64,000 nucleotides of DNA from an uncultured Actinomycetota bacterium (GCA_963829525.1 CAWHIJ010000003.1:544001-608000), one strand, 5' to 3'. Positions 10,352-18,671 are shown, counted from the stretch's first letter. The notes: generated from the letters alone by a model not told the origin. Numbers and translations are program-made.

Positions 10352-11319
10352 GTCAAGCCGAGAACCCTTCGAGCGTTCTCGGAGTACAGGCCGGGGAGGT
10401 ATCGCGGTTCGACGGCCGCCCCATTGATGGCCCAGTTGCCTTGCGGCGGGATCGGGTCGCCGGAGTAGGCGAAGTCGCGATCGTCGGTCTCCAGGAAACG
10501 GCGATGCCGTGCGTAGTCATCGGCGCTCGGCGGAAAGCAGTCCGTTCCGAAGAGGACGCGGTCGGGAAACGCTGAGACGAGCTTGGCAAAAGCGTGTGGT
10601 CGCCGGCCTAGCTCACCGAGGCGTCCCGCGATGTCGACGTTCCAGTGGGGGTGGGAGGCCAACATCTGACCCACCCCCAGGAGGTCCTCAGCCCAACAGC
10701 CGACGTGGGCGCCGATGAATGTGGTTCCGGGGCACTGTGTGACAAGCCGATCAAGGCTGCCCATGAGGTCGGAGAAGCTTGGCAGCCCAGCCCCTCCGAA
10801 CCACCACTCCGGATGCACTTGCAGCTCGTCCCACCGTTCGTTCTCTTCGGTGAGTGGCTCGAAGAACGCGACGGGATCGGCGGTGTGGATCAGAACCGGC
10901 AACGCGAGCTCGCCCGCTGCCTGAAGGACCGCGACAACGCGAGGGTCATCAGGCATGACAAGCGCGCCAGACGCGTCGCGCACTCCGAGGCCAAGGTCCT
11001 TCCACACCTTGACGCCTCGAGCCCCCGCGGCACATGAGGCCGCAAGCTGCGTCGTCATCGCCTCGATGGCCAGGCGTGAGTCGGACTCAGACTGGAGAGC
11101 GGACCAGTCGACTTGGCAGAAAGTGAGAATGCGCCGAGGGTGTCTGGCGTCGTACCTGGCGATGTTGGCGACCAGCTCATCTCCCCACCGACCATCGAGA
11201 TTGACGATGGTTTCGACGCCGGCCGCATCGAGCATCGTCAGGAACCCATCGACATCTCTGACCAGCCAGTCGCCGTCCTCGGAGAGCCAGCGGCCGAGGT
11301 GATTGTGTGCGTCGATCAC
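10345..11319 (-). CDS. Amidohydrolase-2 family metallohydrolase
   Basis: IDAHNH, GVK, VLIH, IGAH and VLFGTD motifs; ends YSENARRVL. Confidence 0.85.
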   Translation of the reverse strand: MIDAHNHLGRWLSEDGDWLVRDVDGFLTMLDAAGVETIVNLDGRWGDELVANIARYDARHPRRILTFCQVDWSALQSESDSRLAIEAMTTQLAASCAAGARGVKVWKDLGLGVRDASGALVMPDDPRVVAVLQAAGELALPVLIHTADPVAFFEPLTEENERWDELQVHPEWWFGGAGLPSFSDLMGSLDRLVTQCPGTTFIGAHVGCWAEDLLGVGQMLASHPHWNVDIAGRLGELGRRPHAFAKLVSAFPDRVLFGTDCFPPSADDYARHRRFLETDDRDFAYSGDPIPPQGNWAINGAAVEPRYLPGLYSENARRVLGLTD

Positions 11320-11355
11320 CCCAGCATTGTGACGCCTAACCCGCCGAGGTACTGC

Positions 11356-11703
11356 TCAGTCGAAGATTTCTTCGAGGAAGCTCTTCTTCCTCTTGGGGGG
11401 CTTCCCGTACTGCTGCTGAGGCGGGTATCCCTGGGGCTGCTGGGGTGGGTATCCCTGGGGCTGCTGGGGTGGGTATGGCTGCTGGTAGCCCTGGGGAGCG
11501 GGCGCAGCAGGAACCGGGGTCGGCGCAGCTTGAACGGGGGCATTGGCCTGGGCGGCCCATCGCAGCTCGGCGTCGACGAGACCCTCGAGCTCGCCGCGGT
11601 CGAGGAAGACTCCGCGGCACTCGGTGCACTGGTCAACGTGGATGCCGCTGCGCTCGTACTGACGCATGTCACCGTGGCACTTGGGGCAGGTCAACGCTGT
11701 CAT
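11356..11703 (-). CDS. zf-TFIIB zinc-ribbon protein with a Pro/Gln/Tyr-rich tail
   Basis: CPKC...CTECRGVFLDRGELE; ends KKSFLEEIFD. Confidence 0.85.
   Translation of the reverse strand: MTALTCPKCHGDMRQYERSGIHVDQCTECRGVFLDRGELEGLVDAELRWAAQANAPVQAAPTPVPAAPAPQGYQQPYPPQQPQGYPPQQPQGYPPQQQYGKPPKRKKSFLEEIFD
11423..11476. repeat. In-frame 24-bp tandem repeat encoding YPPQQPQG
   Basis: GGGTATCCCTGGGGCTGCTGGGGT twice plus a partial copy. Confidence 0.8.
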
Positions 11704-11800
11704 GGTCCGCGTCCTTCCGTCGGGGCCCCAGCCTGACATACGAAAGACTCTTCTGCAATCTGGATGTCGAGAGGTTGCCTCGGGGGCTGGGTGGAGTCGA

Positions 11801-12442
11801 TCAGTTTCCTGGCCGCGGACAGCGCCAGACGCCGAGGCGTTGCGCGGCAGCTGCGGCCTGGGCTCGGCGGAACTCCTGTTGCCACAGATAGGGGTCGTCG
11901 TACGTGTACTCCAGGGCGTACCCACGGCGGACAGCATCTCGATTGAACTGCCGTGGTGCTCCGTCGGTCGTCCAGACGTACGCGAGCGTGCGGTCGTAGT
12001 AGTCGAGTCGCCCCTGCGAGCGGTCGAACTCCAAGGCTGCTGGTTCGCCGAGCAGACGCCGGGTAGCGAACTTTGTGGCTTCTGGCCCGTAGCATTCGAT
12101 GGGCTCTGTCGGGTGCACGGTCTCGGGGGTGTCGATTCCGATCAAGCGCAGCGTGAGGGTGCGGCGTCCCTTGGTGACGTCAACGGTGTCACCATCGACG
12201 ATGCGGGAGACTCGCCAACCCGAGCTGACTGGCCCCCTCGCAAGTCGACGTACGGCAACAACACCGGTTGGTCCGCTGCCTCCACCGTGCCCGACCCCCT
12301 CGTTTCCCGCGGCCTGGTCCTTGTGCGTAGCGCGCTCACTTGCAGAAGATTTGTCTCGCGTTCGAACTCGGCCCGGTTCGGATGGGGTGCAGGCTGAGAG
12401 TGCAAGGGACAGGCAGATGACCATCAATATCGCTCGGCGCAC
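11801..12442 (-). CDS. Thermonuclease (SNase) family lipoprotein
   Basis: LSAC lipobox; VDGDT, RLIGIDTPE and DYYDRTLAYV motifs. Confidence 0.9.
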   Translation of the reverse strand: MRRAILMVICLSLALSACTPSEPGRVRTRDKSSASERATHKDQAAGNEGVGHGGGSGPTGVVAVRRLARGPVSSGWRVSRIVDGDTVDVTKGRRTLTLRLIGIDTPETVHPTEPIECYGPEATKFATRRLLGEPAALEFDRSQGRLDYYDRTLAYVWTTDGAPRQFNRDAVRRGYALEYTYDDPYLWQQEFRRAQAAAAAQRLGVWRCPRPGN

Positions 12443-12468
12443 GCGTACCTCCCGTTGTCAGGAGGGTC

Positions 12469-13650
12469 TCATGCGACAGATGAGTCGGACTCTCTGACGT
12501 CGATGGTCTGGGCGAGCGACAGTGTCCGTTGCACGAGGTCGGCCACGGCATCGACCTCGAGCAGGAACCCATCGTGCCCATACGGCGATGTGATGACGTG
12601 CAGCTGGTCTGCTGTCGGGATCAGGTCTGCGAGCTCTTGCTGGAGCCGCAGTGGGTAGAGCCGATCACTGTCAACGCCACCTACTACGACGGGCACCGTG
12701 ATGGTGGAGAGCGCGGCCGAGGTACCACCGCGTCCGCGTCCGACGTCATGCGTCGTCATGGCGTCGGTGAGGGCCACGTAGGTTCCCGCGTCGAAGCGAC
12801 GGGCCAACTTGTCAGCGTGGTGGTCCAGGTAGCTCTGCACCGCGTACCTGCCGTAACGAAGTGGCTCTTCGCCTGACTGCGCCTCGCGGCCGAAGCGCAC
12901 GTCGAGCTCGACCTCGGTGCGGTAGGTGAGGTGCGCGACGCGTCGGGCTACGCCCATGCCCAGGTGTGGACCGTCGCCGGGTGCGGCGTCGTGGTAGTCG
13001 CCGCCGCACCACTTGGGGTCAGCGGTGATTGCGTGAATCTGAGCGGTCTGAGTGCCGATCTGGTCGGCAGTGGCCGCAGCACCGACGGCAACGACGAGTG
13101 CTGAGCGCAGGGCTCCGGGGTACGTGATGGCCCACTCCAGAGAGCGCATGCCGCCCATCGAGCCACCGATGACCGATGCCCATGCATCAATGCCAAGGTG
13201 GTCGGTGAGCAGCCGCTCGACTGCTATCTGGTCGCGGACTGTAATGCGGGGGAAACGCGAGCCCCAAGGGCGTGCGTCAGGTGCCAGCGAGGCGGGTCCG
13301 GTCGTCCCTTGGCAGCCGCCCAGGACGTTCGGCGCCACGACGAACCAGTCGGCAGGGTCGAGAGGCGCACCCGGTGCGAGAAGTGGCTCCCACCACCCGG
13401 CGGTCGGGTGCTCAGGCCCCGCCGGCCCGGCGAGGTGCGAGTCGCCGGTGAGTGCGTGCAGCACGAGGACCGCATTCGAAGCGTCGGCGTTGAGGGTGCC
13501 GTAGGTCTCGTAGGCAACGCGAATGCTCGGCAGCTCGCCTCCGAGCTCGAGCTCAACGCGTCCGAGATCGACGAAGCGACGTTGACCGGGAGGATCCCCC
13601 TCCCGCCAGGCACCGCTGGCAGGAGGGGGTGTCCGTTGATCGATCGTCAC
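12469..13650 (-). CDS. metX: Homoserine O-acetyltransferase
   Basis: HALTGDSH, GGSMGG nucleophile and GHDGFL motifs; directly downstream of metY. Confidence 0.93.
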   Translation of the reverse strand: MTIDQRTPPPASGAWREGDPPGQRRFVDLGRVELELGGELPSIRVAYETYGTLNADASNAVLVLHALTGDSHLAGPAGPEHPTAGWWEPLLAPGAPLDPADWFVVAPNVLGGCQGTTGPASLAPDARPWGSRFPRITVRDQIAVERLLTDHLGIDAWASVIGGSMGGMRSLEWAITYPGALRSALVVAVGAAATADQIGTQTAQIHAITADPKWCGGDYHDAAPGDGPHLGMGVARRVAHLTYRTEVELDVRFGREAQSGEEPLRYGRYAVQSYLDHHADKLARRFDAGTYVALTDAMTTHDVGRGRGGTSAALSTITVPVVVGGVDSDRLYPLRLQQELADLIPTADQLHVITSPYGHDGFLLEVDAVADLVQRTLSLAQTIDVRESDSSVA

Positions 13651-13657
13651 TGACGCC

Positions 13658-14962
13658 TCAGGCGCCCTTGACGGCGCGGAATCCGGCCTCGAGGTCGGCA
13701 ATGAGGTCGGGTAGTCCCTCGAGACCAACCGCGAGGCGAACCAGGCCGGGTGTGACGCCGGACGCCGCCTGCTCCTCTGGGGTCAGCTGTGAGTGCGTCG
13801 TCGACGCCGGCGCGATCACCAAGGAGCGAACGTCGCCGATGTTGGCGACATGGCTGAAGAGCTCGAGCGAGTCGACGAACTGCTTCGCGGCTTCTCGGCC
13901 GCCCACGACCTCGAACGACAGGACGGCACCAGGGCCCTTGGGGGCATACTTCTGGCCGCGCTCGTACCAAGGAGAGCTCGGCAACCCGGAGTAGTTCACC
14001 GACTCGACCTGCGGGTGTTGCTCGAGCCACTCCGCGATCGCCTTCGCATTCTGCACGTGGCGCTCGATGCGCAGGCTCAGGGTCTCCAGGCCCTGAGCAA
14101 TGAGGAACGCGTTGAAAGGAGCAACCGCTGACCCGAGGTCGCGAAGCAGCTGGATGCGAGCCTTGATGATGTAGGCGATGTCGCCCAGCGCCTCGGTGTA
14201 AACCAGACCGTGGTAGCTGGGATCGGGCTCGCTGAACTCAGGGAACTTCTCAGCGTTGGCCGCCCAGTCGAAGCTGCCACCGTCGACGATCACGCCCGCG
14301 ACCGCGGTGCCGTGGCCTCCCAGGTACTTGGTCGCAGAGTGCACGACGATGTCGGCGCCGTGCTTGAGCGGCTGGATGAGGTACGGCGTCGCGACGGTGT
14401 TGTCAACGATCAGTGGCACGCCGGCGTCATGTGCAACGCCAGCTACGCCCTCGATGTCAAGAATGTCGGTGCGTGGGTTGGCGATCGTCTCACCGAAGAA
14501 CGCTTTGGTGTTTGGACGAACCGCCGCTCGCCATGCGTCCAGGTCGTCAGGGTTGTCGACCAGCGTGACTTCGATGCCGAGCTTGGGCAGCGTGTAGTGG
14601 AAGAGGTTGTACGTGCCGCCATAGAGCGATGCCGACGAAACGATGTGGTCCCCGGCGCGTGCGATGTTGAGAATGGCGAAGGTCTCTGCCGCCTGTCCGC
14701 TGGCGACCAGCAGGGCGCCCACGCCTCCTTCGAGAGCAGCAATGCGTTGCTCAACGGCGTCCTGCGTGGGGTTCATGATGCGTGTGTAGATGTTGCCCGG
14801 CTCGGCCAAACCGAAGAGCGCAGCTGCGTGGTCGGTGTCGCGGAAGACGTACGAGGTGGTCTGGTAGATCGGTAGCGCGCGGGCGCCTGTGGCGGTGTCG
14901 GCGCTCTGGCCAGCGTGAATCTGCTTGGTCTCGAAGGACCAGGCACTGGGGTCGGTCGTCAT
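13658..14962 (-). CDS. metY: O-acetylhomoserine aminocarboxypropyltransferase (sulfhydrylase)
   Basis: PIYQTTSY, YTRIMNPT, HSATKYLGGHG (PLP Lys) and ANIGD motifs; AGGAG RBS. Confidence 0.95.
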   Translation of the reverse strand: MTTDPSAWSFETKQIHAGQSADTATGARALPIYQTTSYVFRDTDHAAALFGLAEPGNIYTRIMNPTQDAVEQRIAALEGGVGALLVASGQAAETFAILNIARAGDHIVSSASLYGGTYNLFHYTLPKLGIEVTLVDNPDDLDAWRAAVRPNTKAFFGETIANPRTDILDIEGVAGVAHDAGVPLIVDNTVATPYLIQPLKHGADIVVHSATKYLGGHGTAVAGVIVDGGSFDWAANAEKFPEFSEPDPSYHGLVYTEALGDIAYIIKARIQLLRDLGSAVAPFNAFLIAQGLETLSLRIERHVQNAKAIAEWLEQHPQVESVNYSGLPSSPWYERGQKYAPKGPGAVLSFEVVGGREAAKQFVDSLELFSHVANIGDVRSLVIAPASTTHSQLTPEEQAASGVTPGLVRLAVGLEGLPDLIADLEAGFRAVKGA

Positions 14963-15094
14963 GAGGTACTCCTGATATCGGTAGGCGGGGGCAGCGGATC
15001 AAAGCGGAAGCGCGTCGTGCTGGGCACGAACCCGGGATGGCCGGCGAGCAGTGCTCGCAGCGCAGGTGACGGCGAAGGATGGAGCCCGGGTCCG

Positions 15095-15172
15095 TCAGAC
15101 CATGCAGGGGCACATACAGCGACAACACATTCGTGCGCAGCTGGGCGTCACGAGGGTTGCGGCAGAAGTCAT
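15095..15172 (-). CDS. Leaderless Cys/Met-rich leader peptide (putative attenuator of metY-metX)
   Basis: MTSAATLVTPSCARMCCRCMCPCMV*; TAACCT -10 box 7 nt before the ATG; ends 132 nt upstream of metY. Confidence 0.75.
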   Translation of the reverse strand: MTSAATLVTPSCARMCCRCMCPCMV

Positions 15173-15297
15173 GCGGAGAAGGTTAAGCGCGATCGAGGAA
15201 AGTGTCCATTTGTTGAGCAGTGATCTCAAATGGTGAGATCGACCGACCAACGGTTGCCCGATCTCCCTTCTCTGCACCCTGCCTACACAATGGGGAC

Positions 15298-15693
15298 GTG
15301 AAGATCACCATGCTGCTCGCCGACGCCGCCCAGCAGGTCGGCGGGAAGCTCTACATCCTCGGGGGCGGATGGTCGACGACAGGTGCGCCTACGGCGCCCA
15401 TGGCTGTCGCTATCAAGATCGAGGTCCCCTGGGATCGCACCAACGTCGGCCATGACTGGCGACTGGCGCTGATAGACGCTGACGGCCGCCCCGTCCAAAC
15501 GTCGGATGACCGCCCCGTTGAGGTCACCGGTCAGCTTGAAGTAGGTCGACCGGCTGGGTTGCCGGAAGGCACGCCGCTCGATGCGCCCCTGGTCGTGAGC
15601 TTCGGTTCGATGCCTTTGCAGCCGGGTCGCTACGAATGGCGGCTCGAGATTGAGGAGTTCGTCGAGTCGTGCGCTTTCCTGGTGCGCAGCTGA
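15298..15693 (+). CDS. Conserved hypothetical protein (DUF6941-like)
   Basis: MLLADAAQ..GKLYILGGGW pattern; CACAAT -10 box 6 nt before the GTG. Confidence 0.75.
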   Translation: MKITMLLADAAQQVGGKLYILGGGWSTTGAPTAPMAVAIKIEVPWDRTNVGHDWRLALIDADGRPVQTSDDRPVEVTGQLEVGRPAGLPEGTPLDAPLVVSFGSMPLQPGRYEWRLEIEEFVESCAFLVRS

Positions 15694-15743
15694 CGGTGTC
15701 GCCTATGTTGAGGTGACTGAGCCGCCTCATCCGGGAGAACCGC

Positions 15744-17108
15744 ATGCGACGAAGCACCAAACTTCAGACCGTTGCCCTGGTCGCCACACTCGCCGCCGGA
15801 GTTGCCCTGGTGGCGCCCGCAACGGCGTCAGCCGAACCTTCGCCAAGTGAGCAGCTGGCGGAGAGCTTGCAGCGCGCCATGCAGAACGCTGCTTTCGACG
15901 AGGTGGTCGACTTCGAGTACGACACCGCTGACGGTCCGGCACCGCAGGTGGCGAACATGCCCAATGTTGACGTGGCAGTGATCGAGCTCGACCAGATGGG
16001 GCGTCCCATTGCTGCGGCCAACGTGCTTCAGTCGAGGGACTTCCCCGAGGGACACGTCGTCGAGCTCGATGATGATCTGGCGGCGACCGGAGTGGATTGG
16101 CGGGCCTGGGACATCGATCGGTGGGACGGAGATTGGAACGCACCGTTTGCCGCCGGTTCGCAGATCGTCCCTGGGTCGGAAGGCGAGACGTTCATGTCCC
16201 CCTACCCGGCGTCGACATTCAAACTGCTCGTTGCAGTGCACACCCTGCAGCTGGTCGACGCGGGCGTCATTGATCTGGATGCTGAGTTCGTGTACAAGCG
16301 CCAGAGGGGCGATACCTGCCTAGGTGAGAGGGCGAAGTTCCGGTCAACGACGGCAGCCGAGCTCGAGAAGATGATCACCTACTCGAGCAACCTTTCAACG
16401 TGTGCACTCCTCAAGCAACTTCACAACCTGCACGAGATCGGTGCCATGAATCAGGGCTACGTCGACCTTGGGCTGCCGACCCTCCAGGTGACCGGCACCG
16501 ACGCCGGTGCGGGTGGTACGTGGAACCCCGGTTCGATCCACATGACGGCAATGGACACCGCGCGCCTCCTGCTCATCGTCAATGGCTCACCGGGAGTTCT
16601 GTGGAGGGCCCCCGACGGCAACCCTGTCGTCGCTGACCGGGTGCTCAGCGAGGAGTCTCAGGCACTGCTGATGAAGCATCTCGGCAACCAAGGATTCAAT
16701 GAAGTGCTCTCAACGCCCAACTGGTGCGGCCTCGACTATCCCGCGCAAGGCATTCCGGCCACCGTTCCCGAGCGATGGGTCGATCCCGTCGACGGAACCG
16801 TCACCGTCGACGGCATCCCTTACTTCCAGGACGTGCGGCCGTGCAACGAGGCAGCAGAGGTGACATTCGCGCACAAGACAGGGCTGACCTACAACTACGG
16901 GTCTGACGCCGGCATCGTCAAGGCCGTTGCCGGTCAAGATGGACGGCACTACATCGTGGCGGCCTTTGCCAATCTCGGGTACCGGTACAGCGATGCCAGC
17001 CAGGCAGATTCACCTGATCTCCCTTGCTTTGTTTCCGGCGTCTGCTACACCGAGAAGTTCGCGATCTTGGGCAAGTCGATCGACGACCTCATGCGCAGGG
17101 TTTCGTAA
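15744..17108 (+). CDS. Secreted serine hydrolase, class A beta-lactamase/PBP-like fold
   Basis: Signal peptide ending ASA; SxxK (ASTFK), SxN (SSN) and HKTG motifs. Confidence 0.8.
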   Translation: MRRSTKLQTVALVATLAAGVALVAPATASAEPSPSEQLAESLQRAMQNAAFDEVVDFEYDTADGPAPQVANMPNVDVAVIELDQMGRPIAAANVLQSRDFPEGHVVELDDDLAATGVDWRAWDIDRWDGDWNAPFAAGSQIVPGSEGETFMSPYPASTFKLLVAVHTLQLVDAGVIDLDAEFVYKRQRGDTCLGERAKFRSTTAAELEKMITYSSNLSTCALLKQLHNLHEIGAMNQGYVDLGLPTLQVTGTDAGAGGTWNPGSIHMTAMDTARLLLIVNGSPGVLWRAPDGNPVVADRVLSEESQALLMKHLGNQGFNEVLSTPNWCGLDYPAQGIPATVPERWVDPVDGTVTVDGIPYFQDVRPCNEAAEVTFAHKTGLTYNYGSDAGIVKAVAGQDGRHYIVAAFANLGYRYSDASQADSPDLPCFVSGVCYTEKFAILGKSIDDLMRRVS

Positions 17109-17147
17109 GACCGCGCCGTTCTGCCGCGTGCTGTACGAAGGCGTCTG

Positions 17148-17211
17148 TACGAGAGTTGGCCTCGGATTCTGGCCCAGATTCACCGTGATCTCGGGGCTAA
17201 CTCTCGTAGCG
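17148..17211. repeat. REP-like palindromic unit 1
   Basis: TACGAGAGTTGGCCTCGG...TCGGGGCTAACTCTCGTA inverted arms. Confidence 0.7.
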
Positions 17212-17542
17212 GGGCTGCGCCACCGTCGTCGGCGCGTCATTCTCCCCAACCGGTGAGGGGACGTACCGTCCACAGTGGACGTCAGATGTGCCGCCACACC
17301 TGAGGAGACACTTCATGGTGTCGGCATGTCAGCACACCTACCTCCTGCTATCGGCTCTCGTGTCTTCCGCGGGGTCCCCCGGCCGGAGTGCAACCCGACG
17401 TTCTGCTTCCAGGGGGAGCAGTTCCGTGCGCCACTCTCCAGACGCGGCAACGGCGCGATGGCAGCGGCTCGCTGCGCGACCAGAGGTGCGGCTGTGGGTT
17501 CCGCCGACTGGCCTCGAGATCGTTCGAAGGCCGCTCGTACGC

Positions 17543-17609
17543 CGCTACGAGAGACAGCCCCGAAATCTGGCTGACGTCGGACCCACCTACGGAGCTAACT
17601 CTCGTAGCG
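17543..17609. repeat. REP-like palindromic unit 2
   Basis: CGCTACGAGAGACAGCCCCG...CGGAGCTAACTCTCGTAGCG; shares the 16-mer GCTAACTCTCGTAGCG with unit 1. Confidence 0.7.
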
Positions 17610-17729
17610 ACCCGCGCGTGGCGGTGACCCGCTTGACGGTCTGTGCGGGCCGACGCTTGAGATTCGTCGTTGCAACGCATTCGTGTCGTTGCCGGGGATC
17701 GTCAGCGGCATCACGCAGACTGGAACCAG

Positions 17730-18010
17730 ACGCAGAAAGGCCCCTCCAACTAGGCATTGGAGGGGCCTTCTGTGGTTCACCCGGAGGTGAACCGTGGACC
17801 GGCCCGAGGGCTGGCCCTGTCGACCCGAGGGTCGACGACCCGGCCGGAGCCGGGCCAGACATCGCTGCGCTTCCCCGCCAGTTGATCCGTCTGGGTCGCC
17901 CCTGCGGTCCAACTGCTCCAGCGGTTACCCGCTGGCCTGATCCGGTGAGTTGCCTCTCCGGATCGATCCTCTGGTTGCCCTTCGGATCGGGTGCGCCTCA
18001 CGGCGTCGTG
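17730..18010 (-). ncRNA. Putative multi-hairpin non-coding RNA (~280 nt), family not recognised
   Basis: Nine consecutive hairpins with minus-strand loops GUGA, GCAA, GCAA, GUAA, GCGA, UCCG, CUCG, CUCG, UCCG, followed by a terminator; no credible ORF. Confidence 0.65.
17734..17772 (-). terminator. Intrinsic terminator (probably bidirectional)
   Basis: 13-bp stem AAGGCCCCTCCAA/TTGGAGGGGCCTT ending in TTTCT on the minus strand. Confidence 0.8.
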
Positions 18011-18076
18011 AGAGAGTTCTACGCCCGATCCGCGAGACCGCGCAAGGGTTTCGAGAAGGATTCTCAAGAACTTTCT

Positions 18077-18156
18077 TCACCCACAGATTCGTCCACAGAA
18101 CGCCACGCTTGTGTCCCCAACGCATCCCCAGGGTCGTCCACAGCGCCTGTGAACAA
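18077..18156. promoter_or_regulatory. Phased cluster of DnaA-box-like 9-mers
   Basis: TCACCCACA, TCGTCCACA twice, GTGTCCCCA and GCATCCCCA at ~11-12 bp spacing, plus inverted TGTGAACAA. Confidence 0.5.
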
Positions 18157-18191
18157 GTCCCCGCCGTGCGCTGGCCCGTTGCGGTTCGGGC

Positions 18192-18671
18192 TTACGGCGT
18201 GTAGCGCTTGAAGGAGGCTTCGATCTCTTTCTCAGTCTCCGAGCGGCCTTCCCAGCTGGCGCCTTCGACCGACTTGCCGGGCTCGAGGTCTTTGTAGACC
18301 TCGAAGAAGTGCTGGATCTCGAGCTTGTCGAACTCCGGCATGTGGTGAATGTCGCGTAGGTGTTCCTTGCGAGGGTCACGGGCGGGGACACAGATGATCT
18401 TGTCGTCGCCACCGGCCTCGTCGGTCATTCGGAACATCCCGATGGCCCGGCACATGATCACGCAGCCGGGGAACGTTGGCTCGTCAAGCAGGACCAGGGC
18501 GTCCAGGGGGTCGCCGTCGAGGCCGAGGGTGTTCTCGATGAAGCCGTAGTCGGCTGGGTACCGCGTCGAGGTGAAGAGCATCCGGTCGAGGCGGATGCGG
18601 CCGGTCTTCTTGTCGAGCTCGTACTTGTTGCGATTGCCCTGTGGGATCTCGATGAAGACGTCGAACTCCAC
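18192..18671 (-). CDS. ppa: Inorganic pyrophosphatase
   Basis: KYE, YPADYG, DGDPLD and DDK motifs. Confidence 0.97.
   Translation of the reverse strand: MEFDVFIEIPQGNRNKYELDKKTGRIRLDRMLFTSTRYPADYGFIENTLGLDGDPLDALVLLDEPTFPGCVIMCRAIGMFRMTDEAGGDDKIICVPARDPRKEHLRDIHHMPEFDKLEIQHFFEVYKDLEPGKSVEGASWEGRSETEKEIEASFKRYTP

Noticed and set aside
14963-15200. SAM riboswitch upstream of metY
   Set aside because: I could not find SAM-I or SAM-IV core elements; the Cys/Met leader ORF explains the region better.
15744-17108. Bona fide antibiotic-resistance beta-lactamase
   Set aside because: Only the generic SxxK/SxN/KTG motifs are visible in a much longer protein; activity cannot be inferred.
17879-17945. 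SRP RNA-like UCAGG...GNRA...AGCAG on the minus strand
   Set aside because: The stem between these elements is 7 bp rather than the short SRP helix-8 stem, and the flanks form separate hairpins instead of one long rod.
17730-18010. Ms1, 6C, tmRNA or RNase P identity for the hairpin array
   Set aside because: It has no long central-bubble duplex, no C-rich loops, no tRNA-like ends and no GAGGAAAGUCC. A covariance search is still needed to exclude these formally.
17148-18010. CRISPR array
   Set aside because: No identical repeats with regular unique spacers, and no cas genes.
17288-18211. 307-aa plus-strand ORF
   Set aside because: Arg/Pro/Ser-rich with no motifs, and it runs through palindromes and a terminator; a GC-rich shadow ORF.
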